Shown here: one piece after another, positions 31,430-39,965 of the stretch | Layout: every line of letters begins with the position of its first letter | Position numbering within the stretch: the stretch's first letter is position 1 | Source: Amylibacter sp. IMCC11727 | GTDB taxonomy: Bacteria; Pseudomonadota; Alphaproteobacteria; Rhodobacterales; Rhodobacteraceae | Assembly (NCBI RefSeq): GCF_029854195.1 | Contig: NZ_CP122960.1 | Span: 510,984-574,983, forward strand | Reading direction: 5' to 3' | Length of the DNA stretch: 64,000 bases | Position numbers and translations under genes: made by a program | The notes under the pieces: generated by a model | Databases searched by the model: none | The model's input: the letters and a program-made list of their open reading frames with translations, nothing else | What the model was told of the DNA's origin: nothing

Positions 31430-32575
31430 TTAATCGGTCAGTTTGACCAAGTCGGTCATCAAACCTTGGGTCCCGTTGTGGACTGTCAGTTTGTCGACTT
31501 TGCCTGCAACGACTTCGAGAGCTTCCAGCTCTTTCAATCGCAACATGACGGGGTTTTCCGCCATCACTTTTGCGGTGTTCAAAAGCGAACGCGTTGCGTT
31601 CGTTTCTTCACGCCGACGGATGACGTTTGCTTCCGCCTCTTTTTGGGCCGCTACAACCGTGTTCAGGATGTCGCGCATTTCGCCAGGCAAGATCACGTCT
31701 TTCAACGCGATGTCGCCCACTTCGACGCCCAGTTTGATCATCTCGGTACGCACAGCGGCGGCTGCCTCTGCGCTGATGGCGGCTTTGTCGCCCAGCAATT
31801 CATCGAGGGTCTTGGTCCCCAATGATTTCCGGAACGCCAACTGCAATGACCGGTGCAACGTTTCGACAAAGTCGTTGGTTGCGGTGGTCGCAAGAACCGC
31901 GTCAGTGACGCGGAACTCCGCAGAGAGGTTGACCCGAACCGTCACGCGATCCCGCGTCAGGATTTCCTGACCCGTTACCTCGTGTGTGCGTTGCCGCATA
32001 TCGACGGTTTTCATCGTGGTCACGCGGCCTGCTTTCCAGAACCAATGTGACCCCGCGTCGAGCGTGCGATCAAATGCGCCATCCACGAAGAGCAAACCAA
32101 CCATGCCTGTGTCCACTTTGAACGCAGTCAATGCGAGGGTTTTGCCTGCTTGCATCAACCGCATCGCAAGGGTGCGATTAACGGCCAAATCACCAGAGAC
32201 GTCGATGCGATCCGTGACCCAAGGGCCCGCGTCTGTCCACAACACGAGGCGGGTGCTAGGCATAACAACATGCGTGACCTGCCCGTTGCGAGACACGACA
32301 ACCAGTTCGGTGTCGGTCGCGGTGACCTCTGTCAGGTGGGCGCTTGCCAGTGCAGGGTTGGCGCGGAACAAGGGCTTTTCATGTTCGGATACGAAACGGC
32401 CATCGGCCAAATCGAACCAGTTAAAAAGCGTCCCGCGCCGCTTCACAGCATGGCGGCCAGCGGTCAGGATATCGGTGAAGATACCGTCGCGCGTCACCAA
32501 AACACGGTGGTTTTCTGTTACGGTCAGATGGGTTTTACCCATCAGCCGTTCGAACAATTCTTTCATTTGCATCAT
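31430..32575 (-). CDS. SPFH/band-7 (slipin-family) protein with about 150-aa N-terminal extension
   Basis: The C-terminal half has a coiled-coil and the SPFH pattern (QKEAEANVIRRREE...). Confidence 0.6.
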   Translation of the reverse strand: MMQMKELFERLMGKTHLTVTENHRVLVTRDGIFTDILTAGRHAVKRRGTLFNWFDLADGRFVSEHEKPLFRANPALASAHLTEVTATDTELVVVSRNGQVTHVVMPSTRLVLWTDAGPWVTDRIDVSGDLAVNRTLAMRLMQAGKTLALTAFKVDTGMVGLLFVDGAFDRTLDAGSHWFWKAGRVTTMKTVDMRQRTHEVTGQEILTRDRVTVRVNLSAEFRVTDAVLATTATNDFVETLHRSLQLAFRKSLGTKTLDELLGDKAAISAEAAAAVRTEMIKLGVEVGDIALKDVILPGEMRDILNTVVAAQKEAEANVIRRREETNATRSLLNTAKVMAENPVMLRLKELEALEVVAGKVDKLTVHNGTQGLMTDLVKLTD

Positions 32576-32975
32576 AGTCTCCAGTTCATTTGCTAACGCA
32601 TGTGCGAAAGTCTCCTTTAAGGTTTGTGGTTGCGCCGTTTGTGGCGCGGGTTGCGCACTGCGTGGTGCAGCGCGGTTTGGGCGGGATTGCCCAAATGGCG
32701 GGGCGCTGTTGCCAGCGCAGGTGTAAGGTGGACACCGAAACCAGCCTGCCGTTTGGCGTGGCGGACGTGCGGATCAGGGGCGTCTGGCGAAGGTGGGTCG
32801 GGCGGTTTGATCGAAATCAAAACGCCGTCTTCCGCCATTGGCAGAACGCATGACCAACACGTCGGCCGCCCCAAAGGACAAGACATGCTGTTCCAGCCTG
32901 TTGCCGTGCAAGCACAACATCAGCTGGGCGAGTCTGGCTTGCGACCAGCCTCGGTATCCGAAAAACTACGACCAA

Positions 32976-33000
32976 AACGTAGTGAGGACTCGAACCTCGC
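32976..33000 (-). other. tRNA 3'-end-like fragment (T-arm plus acceptor)
   Basis: The minus strand reads gcgaGGTTCGAGTCCtcac tacgtt, a T-stem/loop consensus without the rest of a tRNA. Confidence 0.4.
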
Positions 33001-33019
33001 CCTTTGCAGGGTTTCCAGG

Positions 33020-33092
33020 GTTTGAAGGGTGGACTTGAACCACCAGCCAATAGATTAAGAATCTACTGCTCTACCGTGTGAGCTACATCAAC
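33020..33092 (-). tRNA. tRNA-Lys(CUU)-like gene with a mismatched acceptor stem (possible pseudogene or element-borne tRNA)
   Basis: Minus strand reads gttgatg-ta-GCTCacacggtaGAGC-a-gtaga-ttCTTaa-tctat-tggct-ggtggTTCAAGTccacc-cttcaaa. The D, anticodon and T arms are canonical. Acceptor pairs 1-72 and 6-67 are mismatched, and no CCA is encoded. Confidence 0.5.
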
Positions 33093-33094
33093 GA

Positions 33095-33122
33095 TGGTGC
33101 ATATGTCTGGATTCGAACCAGA
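33095..33122 (-). other. tRNA 3'-end-like fragment ending in ACCA
   Basis: Minus strand reads tctgg-TTCGAAT-ccaga-catatgc-a-cca. Upstream sequence does not fold into D or anticodon arms, and the heptamer gcgtatg occurs twice. Confidence 0.4.
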
Positions 33123-33360
33123 AAAGACCTGTTCCATACGCGATCCCGCAGATTGATCCAGCTTTGGCATACGCGGCGGCAGAGCCGTGCGCACCGAAGG
33201 TTTTCGCGAAAACCTGTCGTTAAAGTCTGTCCCTTGTAAGCGGGAGTTGCCGTTTACGCAGGGGCAGGATTCGGTTCAACAGTTAATTTTTGGATTTGTG
33301 CTGATTTGAAGATTGTTGCTGCATTGCAGCATTGCGTGATAATTGGGTCACGTTGAATCA

Positions 33361-33396
33361 CGGGCCCCGGCGCGGGGCCGGGGCGGTGGTTTTTGG
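33361..33396 (+). terminator. GC-rich hairpin plus T-run
   Basis: gggccccggcgcggggcc followed by ggtggttttt. It lies just beyond the 3' end of the mltB-family gene. Confidence 0.5.
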
Positions 33397-33402
33397 GGGG
33401 AA

Positions 33403-34665
33403 TTAGCGGACGCGGCTGCGGAGGAATTTGAGCGCGGCTTTGTCGGCTTTGCCCGATGGCTGGACGCCTGCTTTGATTTGCATGTCAGACAGGGCGTCGA
33501 TGGTTTTGGGGCCGATGATGCCGTCCACATCGCCAATGTCGTAGCCTGCTTTCAAAAGCAGTTCTTGTACTTCGATCTTTTGGGGCAGTTTCAGGGCGTT
33601 GGGGCCACGGGGCCATTCGCGGACAAATTCACCGCCGCCGTTGATTTTATCGGCCAAATGGCCAACCGCCATCGCGTAGGAGTTGGCGTTGTTATAGCGT
33701 TTGATAACGAAGAAATTGTTGAACACGGCAAAGGCAGGGCCATCCGCGCCAGCGGGCAGCAGGATCGCGGCCTTACCTTTGTTTGGGATGCGTTTGCCGT
33801 TCACTTGGACCACGCCCAATTCGGCCCAGCGGGCAGGCGTTGCTTTGACCTTGAGGGACGCGTTGCCGTAATTGAAGCCCTTGGGCAGTTTTACTTCGAC
33901 GCCCCAAGGTTGGCCTTTGGTCCAGCCGTTGCGTTTGAGGTAATTGGCGGTAGAGGCCAATGCGTCATCGGGTTTGCGCGGGTTCCACACATCGCGTTTG
34001 CCGTCGCCTGTGAAATCCACGGCGAGTGCGTCAAAGGAGGTGGGGATGAATTGGGTGTGACCCATCGCGCCTGCCCATGAGCCGAGCATACGATTTGGGG
34101 TGATGTCGCCTTTTTGGATAATCTTGAGCGCGGTCAGAAGTTGGTTTTCACCGAATTTCTGGCGGCGGCCTTCGTAGGCGAGTGTGGCGAGGGCTTCGAC
34201 GATGTTGATGTCGCCCATGTTGGACCCGTAAGAGGATTCGAGCCCCCAGATGGCGACAACCACGGACCATTCCACGCCGTAGGTGTTTTCAATGCGGCGC
34301 AGCAGTTTTTTATGTTTTTTCACCATCGCCTTGCCGTTTTTCACGCGCTTGGGGGATGTGGCCGTGTCGAGGTAATCCCAGATTTGGCGGGAAAATTCGG
34401 CCTGTTTGCGATCTGATGCGATGACGCGGGTGTTGAGTTTCACGCCTTTGAATGCGCGGTCATAGGTGCGGGCGGAAATTCCACGCGCCAATGCTTTGGC
34501 ACGGAAGGATTTGACCCATTGTTCGAATCCAGCCTGCGTTTGCGCGACTTCGATGCCTTGGTATTTTGGCGTTGTGGGGGTTGGTGCGTCTGTCACGGTG
34601 GCGGCTGCCTGTGCAAATACGGGGGCGAGCGCCAGGGTGACGCCCAGTGTGAATTTTTTAAACAT
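33403..34665 (-). CDS. Lytic murein transglycosylase (MltB family) with C-terminal peptidoglycan-binding domain
   Basis: Signal peptide, SLT_2 motifs (ESSYG, GHTQFIP) and a PG_binding_1-like C-terminus. Confidence 0.85.
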   Translation of the reverse strand: MFKKFTLGVTLALAPVFAQAAATVTDAPTPTTPKYQGIEVAQTQAGFEQWVKSFRAKALARGISARTYDRAFKGVKLNTRVIASDRKQAEFSRQIWDYLDTATSPKRVKNGKAMVKKHKKLLRRIENTYGVEWSVVVAIWGLESSYGSNMGDINIVEALATLAYEGRRQKFGENQLLTALKIIQKGDITPNRMLGSWAGAMGHTQFIPTSFDALAVDFTGDGKRDVWNPRKPDDALASTANYLKRNGWTKGQPWGVEVKLPKGFNYGNASLKVKATPARWAELGVVQVNGKRIPNKGKAAILLPAGADGPAFAVFNNFFVIKRYNNANSYAMAVGHLADKINGGGEFVREWPRGPNALKLPQKIEVQELLLKAGYDIGDVDGIIGPKTIDALSDMQIKAGVQPSGKADKAALKFLRSRVR

Positions 34666-34740
34666 GCGATGCTCCTGCTCTGATCGCCTTTTATTATTGG
34701 AGTGGAGTATACTTGGGATCGCGCAGCGGCAAAAGCAAAT

Positions 34741-35448
34741 TTATGTGTTGGTTTTGTCGGCGGAATCATGCGCTTGGAGTTCGGCCAAGAAATCGCGCAG
34801 CAGGGAGGTGCGATGGGGGCGGAAGGATTGATCGGTGGGGGTCAACTTTGTGATCCGATCAGCGCGAAAGGCGCGGAACCCTTGGCGCAATTGGCATTTG
34901 GCGAGCAGCATGAGCGTGTGGTCCATAAAGACGAGAGACAGGGGCCAGATGATGCGTTCGGATTGCGCCCCTTTGGCATCAGCGTAGTGGATGTGGACCG
35001 CCTGTTCGTTACGGGCGGCCATGCGCAAGGCGGCCACGTCTATCGTGATCTTTGGCCGCTCGTGGAATCGTTTGGCCGATAGAACCGAGTTTTGCATTTG
35101 ACGCGAGAGGCGGTCCGGTAGGGAAGCAGCGAGTTTGGCGAGGGCATTTCGGGCGGCGTCTGCCAAAACAGGATCGGCCACTTCGATCACTTCGCGCAGC
35201 CCCAGAACGAGCGCTTCGGTTTCGTCTGTGTTAAACAGCATCGGCGGCATGGCGGTGTCTTCGACAAGGGAGTAGCCATAGCCTGCGGCCCCGTCGATAA
35301 TTGCGCCTGACGCGCGCAGACTGTCTATATCGCGGTAGATGGTGCGCAGCGAGACATTGAGTTCTTCTGCCAATTGGGACGCCTGTACCGGAGGTGACAA
35401 GAGCCGCATGAGTTGCATAAGTTGTAGGAGTCGTTCTGATTTAGCCAT
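34741..35448 (-). CDS. YafY-family transcriptional regulator (HTH plus WYL domains)
   Basis: N-terminal HTH (SQLAEELNVSLRTIYRDI) and a WYL-like middle region. Confidence 0.75.
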   Translation of the reverse strand: MAKSERLLQLMQLMRLLSPPVQASQLAEELNVSLRTIYRDIDSLRASGAIIDGAAGYGYSLVEDTAMPPMLFNTDETEALVLGLREVIEVADPVLADAARNALAKLAASLPDRLSRQMQNSVLSAKRFHERPKITIDVAALRMAARNEQAVHIHYADAKGAQSERIIWPLSLVFMDHTLMLLAKCQLRQGFRAFRADRITKLTPTDQSFRPHRTSLLRDFLAELQAHDSADKTNT

Positions 35449-35524
35449 GATGTAAGCATAGTATAAGCTGCTGACACAAAATGACAGTAGGCGTGAGCTA
35501 GGGTTGGGAAAAAGGAGACACGTT

Positions 35525-36226
35525 ATGATGAAATTGTCGGTTTATCCCGCTGGGTTTGGTGAAATTTCGGGGAGTCCGTTCGCGGCCAAGGCGATTGCGT
35601 TGATGGAGCTGTCGGGTCAGGCCTATGCGTTGGATGTAAACCCTGATCCGCGCAAATCCCCCAAGAAGAAGTTCCCGGTGTTGCAAGATGGAGCGCAGGT
35701 GATCCCTGATAGTGACCAAATTCGCGATCATCTGGAATCTGCCTATGGCGTGGATTTTGAAGCGGGGCTGAGCGAGGCGCAAAAGGCGGTGTCGCGAATG
35801 GTTATCCGTACGTTTGAGGAAAATGTGTATTTCGCGATTTTGGCGAGCCGTTGGATGAACGACGATCATTGGGCGCTGGTGAAAGAGGAGTTCTTTAGGG
35901 GAATGCCCCCCGTGATTGGTGGGTTCATCGCCAATGCTGTGCGCAAAGGGGTTGTGCGCCAATGTATCGGCCAAGGCATGGGACGCCATTCAGAAGAAGA
36001 ACAAGTGGCGCGTGTGGAAAAGGATATTGCAGCGTTTTCGGTGTTGTTGGGGGATAAGCCGTTTTTGCATGGGGATGCGCCGACGGGCGCGGATGCCAGC
36101 GTGGTGCCGATGTTGCGGGCGATGGCGGCGTTTCCAAAGCAAAACAGCCTGAGCGATTTGGTGCTGAAAGACCCAGTGCTGATGGCCTATATCGCGCGGG
36201 GCAAAGAGACGATGTATCCGTCATGA
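35525..36226 (+). CDS. Glutathione S-transferase family protein
   Basis: Thioredoxin-like N-terminal domain and GST C-terminal helices. Confidence 0.65.
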   Translation: MMKLSVYPAGFGEISGSPFAAKAIALMELSGQAYALDVNPDPRKSPKKKFPVLQDGAQVIPDSDQIRDHLESAYGVDFEAGLSEAQKAVSRMVIRTFEENVYFAILASRWMNDDHWALVKEEFFRGMPPVIGGFIANAVRKGVVRQCIGQGMGRHSEEEQVARVEKDIAAFSVLLGDKPFLHGDAPTGADASVVPMLRAMAAFPKQNSLSDLVLKDPVLMAYIARGKETMYPS

Positions 36227-36591
36227 AACCAGAGATTAAACGTGCGTTTGATGCGGTTGAAGCGCCAGAGCGGGAAACGTTATTGGCGGCGCGGGATCTG
36301 ATTTTCGATTGCGCGGGGGACATCGCGGTTGAGGAGTGTTTGAAGTGGGGGCAGCCGTCGTATGTTGCGCCCAAGGGTTCAACGCTGCGGTTGGGGGTGA
36401 CCAAGGCAGGGCAGGCGGCGATTTATGCCCATTGTCAAAGTTCGATTGTGTCGGATTTTGCCGCGCAATTTGGAGCGGATTTTGAGATTGAGGGCAACCG
36501 TGCCGTGATGTTGGGGGATTTCACGCCAGAGGATCAGGACAAGCTGCGTGCCCTGATCCGTCATGGACTTACCTACAAAGTTAAATCGTAG
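36223..36591 (+). CDS. DUF1801 domain protein
   Basis: KWGQPSY motif, 122 aa. Confidence 0.55.
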   Translation: MKPEIKRAFDAVEAPERETLLAARDLIFDCAGDIAVEECLKWGQPSYVAPKGSTLRLGVTKAGQAAIYAHCQSSIVSDFAAQFGADFEIEGNRAVMLGDFTPEDQDKLRALIRHGLTYKVKS

Positions 36592-37108
36592 ACTTCAGCT
36601 TTTCCATCAGGCCATCGACCGCGTTTTGATAGCTTTCTTCTTTGAGCGAGCCATCATCGTTGAATGCTGCGTAGCTGGCCGCGACCGCCACAAGGGGGCC
36701 GTGCAGCAGACGGGGCTGAAATGCGGTGAGGCAGAGGCGCAGAGAGTTGAGCGCCATAACGCCGCCTGCACGACCCGCAGTTGCGGACATGATTGCGACA
36801 GGTTTGTCGCCCATTGGCATGGGTTTGATGCGGCTGATCCAATCGAGCGCATTTTTCAGAACACCCGACAGGTTGCCGTTGTATTCGGGCGTAGAAATAA
36901 GGATCGCATCCGCGCCTTGTACCTGATCGTAGAGCGTTTGAACCGCGGCAGGGATGCCTTCGTTTTCTTCGATGTCACCATCGTAGAGAGGCAAGTTCAG
37001 GTCTGCGAGCGTGTAGTCGCCCCCGAAGGATTTCGCAGCAGCGGCAAGCAAAAATGTGTTGTGGCTGTTTTTGCGAAGGGAGCCAGAAATACCAAGAAGT
37101 TTTGTCAT
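36581..37108 (-). CDS. NADPH-dependent FMN reductase
   Basis: LGISGSLRKNSHN flavodoxin-like motif. Confidence 0.8.
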   Translation of the reverse strand: MTKLLGISGSLRKNSHNTFLLAAAAKSFGGDYTLADLNLPLYDGDIEENEGIPAAVQTLYDQVQGADAILISTPEYNGNLSGVLKNALDWISRIKPMPMGDKPVAIMSATAGRAGGVMALNSLRLCLTAFQPRLLHGPLVAVAASYAAFNDDGSLKEESYQNAVDGLMEKLKSTI

Positions 37109-37374
37109 GAGATGTGCCTTTGAATGTTGAAGTTGTAACAAAGCTAGGCCGAATGTTGGCGACTTCCAAGGCAATCCGTGCCGAACAAACTGTTCGTTTG
37201 CGTATACGCAATTTTAAACTTCGGGAGTGTAACGTGCCTTATTGCCACAAAAATCGGCTTTTTGTTTCCAAATCGCGCACAATCGTTGTGAAACAGGCTG
37301 TGGGTGCGTATGGTTCTGGAAAAACAACAAACGGCACGCGGATCAAGCGTGCAAAGTAAATCGAGGGTAGTGAC

Positions 37375-39015
37375 GTGGCAGGCAAAGAGTATCAAATCGC
37401 AGCGTTGTGGATGGAAGGAAGCCTGAGCTTTCTGGAGCAGTTGTGTCTGAAATCCTTTGTGGATGCGGGGCACCATGTGAAGCTGTATCACTATGGCCCA
37501 TTGCAAAACGTGCCAGATGGGATGGAATTGGCAGATGCGTCTGTGGTTTTGCCGCGAACGGATTTTCTGGCCCATGCGCGCACAGGCTCCCCTGCGCTGC
37601 ATTCTGACTTGTTCCGCTATAAAATGCTGGAACAGGAGAAAGACACGATTTGGGCGGATACGGATGCCTATTGCATGAAGAAATTTGAAACGCCGAACGG
37701 GCATTTCTATGGCTGGGAATCCGAAAAGCACATCAATGGTGGGGTTTTGGGTCTGCCGTCTGATTGTGACACATTGGGGGAGTTGCTGGAGTTCACATCC
37801 GATGAATTCGCGATCCCGACGTGGTACGGCGATGAATACACGCGCGAGTTGGAAGAAAAGCGGGATGCAGGAGACCCCGTTCATGCGTCCGAGCAGCCCT
37901 GGGGTGTTTGGGGGCCACATGCGGTGACGCATTTCCTGCACAAAACGGGCGAGGCGAAATACGCCCTGCCGCAAGAGGGTTTGTATCCTGTCACCTACAA
38001 AGATCGCCGCAACATGTTGAAGCGGAATTTCGACATGACGCCGTATATCACGGAAAACACGTTTTCTGTGCATTTGTACGGCCGCCGTATGCGAGCGCGT
38101 TTGGTTGAGAAAGAGGGCGGTGCGCCCCATCCCAAGAGCCTGTTGGGGCAGTTGATTAAGAAGCACGACATTGACCCAGAGGCAGCCCCGTTGCCCCCGT
38201 CACGGGCGCAGAAAGCGGCCGCCGAGGGCCGCGTTGAAGAAAAGACGCCAAAGGTAAAGGTGCCAAAGGCGGCCAAGTCGAAGCCTGTGATCACGGTGCC
38301 CAAAGTTGCGCCGATTGATCAATCGGAACGGGCGGGCATTGGACTAGTGAACCTGACCGATATTGCGGACAAGTATGAGGTGGATAAGGGCAGCAAGCGG
38401 CATCGGTATACGGACATGTATCAGATGCTGTTTTCACCCCTGCGCACCCGCAAATTGAATGTGATGGAAATGGGCCTGCAAGATGGTGGGCCAGAGCATG
38501 AGTTCCCAGTGAATCGCAAAACCACGGATGCGCCGAGCATTCGCATGTGGCTGGAGTATTTCCCAAAAGCCGAGGTTTTTGGTTTGGATGTGTGCGATTT
38601 CAGCTGGTTGAAAGAGGATCGGTTCACGTTTGTGCAGTGTGATATGGACGCGCGTGAAAACATCGCGACCGCCGCAAAAGACCTGCCAAAGATGGATATC
38701 ATCGTGGATGACGCGAGCCACGCATCGCATCATCAGCAAAACGCGTTTTTGGAGTTGTTTCCAAAGATGGCATCTGGCGGGATTTATGCGATTGAGAGCC
38801 TGCGCTGGCAGCCAAAGCATATGGAGACCAAAGGGTTCACCAAGACCGCCGATCTGTTTTATGGATATCAGAAAGACGGTGCCTTTTCCCATTCTGACAA
38901 AGAGATCGAAGCAGAGCTGAACGGCCTGCGCAAACATATCTCGGGGTGTTTCATGTATCAGGTGGGATATGACAAATCCCGCAAAGATCAGTTCATGGTT
39001 ATCCAGAAACGATAA
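37375..39015 (+). CDS. Bifunctional protein: N-terminal GT32-like glycosyltransferase (DXD) plus C-terminal class I SAM-dependent methyltransferase (CmcI/Methyltransf_24-like), joined by a Pro/Lys-rich linker
   Basis: N-terminal LWMEGSLSFLEQLCLKSF and DLFRYKMLEQEKDTIWADTDAYCMKKF match the Gly_transf_sug pattern. The linker is PKVKVPKAAKSKPVITVPKVAP. The C-terminus has DKGSKRHRYTDMY...GLDV...IIVDDASHASHHQQNAFLELFPKMASGGIYAIESL. GTG start. Confidence 0.7.
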   Translation: MAGKEYQIAALWMEGSLSFLEQLCLKSFVDAGHHVKLYHYGPLQNVPDGMELADASVVLPRTDFLAHARTGSPALHSDLFRYKMLEQEKDTIWADTDAYCMKKFETPNGHFYGWESEKHINGGVLGLPSDCDTLGELLEFTSDEFAIPTWYGDEYTRELEEKRDAGDPVHASEQPWGVWGPHAVTHFLHKTGEAKYALPQEGLYPVTYKDRRNMLKRNFDMTPYITENTFSVHLYGRRMRARLVEKEGGAPHPKSLLGQLIKKHDIDPEAAPLPPSRAQKAAAEGRVEEKTPKVKVPKAAKSKPVITVPKVAPIDQSERAGIGLVNLTDIADKYEVDKGSKRHRYTDMYQMLFSPLRTRKLNVMEMGLQDGGPEHEFPVNRKTTDAPSIRMWLEYFPKAEVFGLDVCDFSWLKEDRFTFVQCDMDARENIATAAKDLPKMDIIVDDASHASHHQQNAFLELFPKMASGGIYAIESLRWQPKHMETKGFTKTADLFYGYQKDGAFSHSDKEIEAELNGLRKHISGCFMYQVGYDKSRKDQFMVIQKR

Positions 39016-39020
39016 ACGGT

Positions 39021-39965
39021 ATGGCGTCCGACACGGAGCACATGGAAGACGAGCCGCTGGAGCGGGAAGTTGAAACAGGGATTATCCCTGATTGGTATCG
39101 TGACATTTATCCTGACGGTGAGCGGGATGGGTTTTACGAAAAGATCGGCGCGCATTCGTTGTGCTATGTGGAGCGCAATCTGAGCCAGTTGGTGATCACG
39201 TTTGATAACCTTGCCGAGGCAGGGCACGAAGGGTACGATCGCGAGGCCTGGGCATCAGGGTTTTGCAATTACAACAACTGGTCCCACATGGGGATTTTCG
39301 CGCAAGGGCCCACGTGGTTTCGCGATGAACGATTGATCCGCCGATTGGAAAAGCTGCGTGACGATGGGTTTTTTGAGCAATTCGGCTATGTCGCGTTGGC
39401 AGGGGCATCTATGGGCGGGTTCGCCGCCATGGTGTTTAGCGCGTTGATACCAGAAGCCACCGTGATTGCGTTTAGCCCCCAGACGAGCCTGAGCCGAGAC
39501 ATTGTGCCGTGGGAAACGCGATTCAGAAAAGGACACGGAGCGGATTGGACATTGCCCTATTCCGATGCGGTGCCCTGTATTGAAAGCGCCAACAAGGTTT
39601 ACATCGTGTATGACCAGTTCGAAAAGCTGGACAATGAACATGCCAAGCGGTTGTCAGGGGACAATGTGATCCATCTGCGTGCCCCTGCGTTTGGGCATCG
39701 TACATCGCTGTTTTTACGCCGATTGGATGTGTTGAAACCTGTGATGGGCGAAGGTGTTCTGGGGACGTTGGATGCAGCACGGTTTAGCGAGATGATCCGT
39801 GATCGGGGCAAAATCTGGCTGTATCGCACGGTGATGGAGCATCATCTGTTGCAACGGGGTTTAGACGATTGGGTGCCGATTATGCAGGACGCATTCAAGC
39901 ACCGCCGTTGGAAGATTAAGCAGGCGGAAAAACGGGCCGAGCGCCGTGCGGAGAAACGCGCATGA
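39021..39965 (+). CDS. Hypothetical protein, possibly alpha/beta-hydrolase-like
   Basis: GxSxGG-like GASMGGFAAMVF followed by a beta-strand-like VIAFSP. It sits 6 nt after the upstream stop. No recognised family. Confidence 0.5.
   Translation: MASDTEHMEDEPLEREVETGIIPDWYRDIYPDGERDGFYEKIGAHSLCYVERNLSQLVITFDNLAEAGHEGYDREAWASGFCNYNNWSHMGIFAQGPTWFRDERLIRRLEKLRDDGFFEQFGYVALAGASMGGFAAMVFSALIPEATVIAFSPQTSLSRDIVPWETRFRKGHGADWTLPYSDAVPCIESANKVYIVYDQFEKLDNEHAKRLSGDNVIHLRAPAFGHRTSLFLRRLDVLKPVMGEGVLGTLDAARFSEMIRDRGKIWLYRTVMEHHLLQRGLDDWVPIMQDAFKHRRWKIKQAEKRAERRAEKRA

Noticed and set aside
33095-33174. A second full tRNA gene ending in ACCA
   Set aside because: The T-arm, acceptor 3' strand and CCA are present. 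The upstream 50 nt cannot be folded into D and anticodon arms, so I call it a 3' fragment rather than a tRNA.
33343-34080. 245-aa plus-strand ORF
   Set aside because: Antisense to the mltB-family transglycosylase. It is Gly/Ala/Arg-rich and low complexity.
37144-38166. 340-aa minus-strand ORF
   Set aside because: Antisense to the GT-MT fusion gene, which has clear domain motifs.
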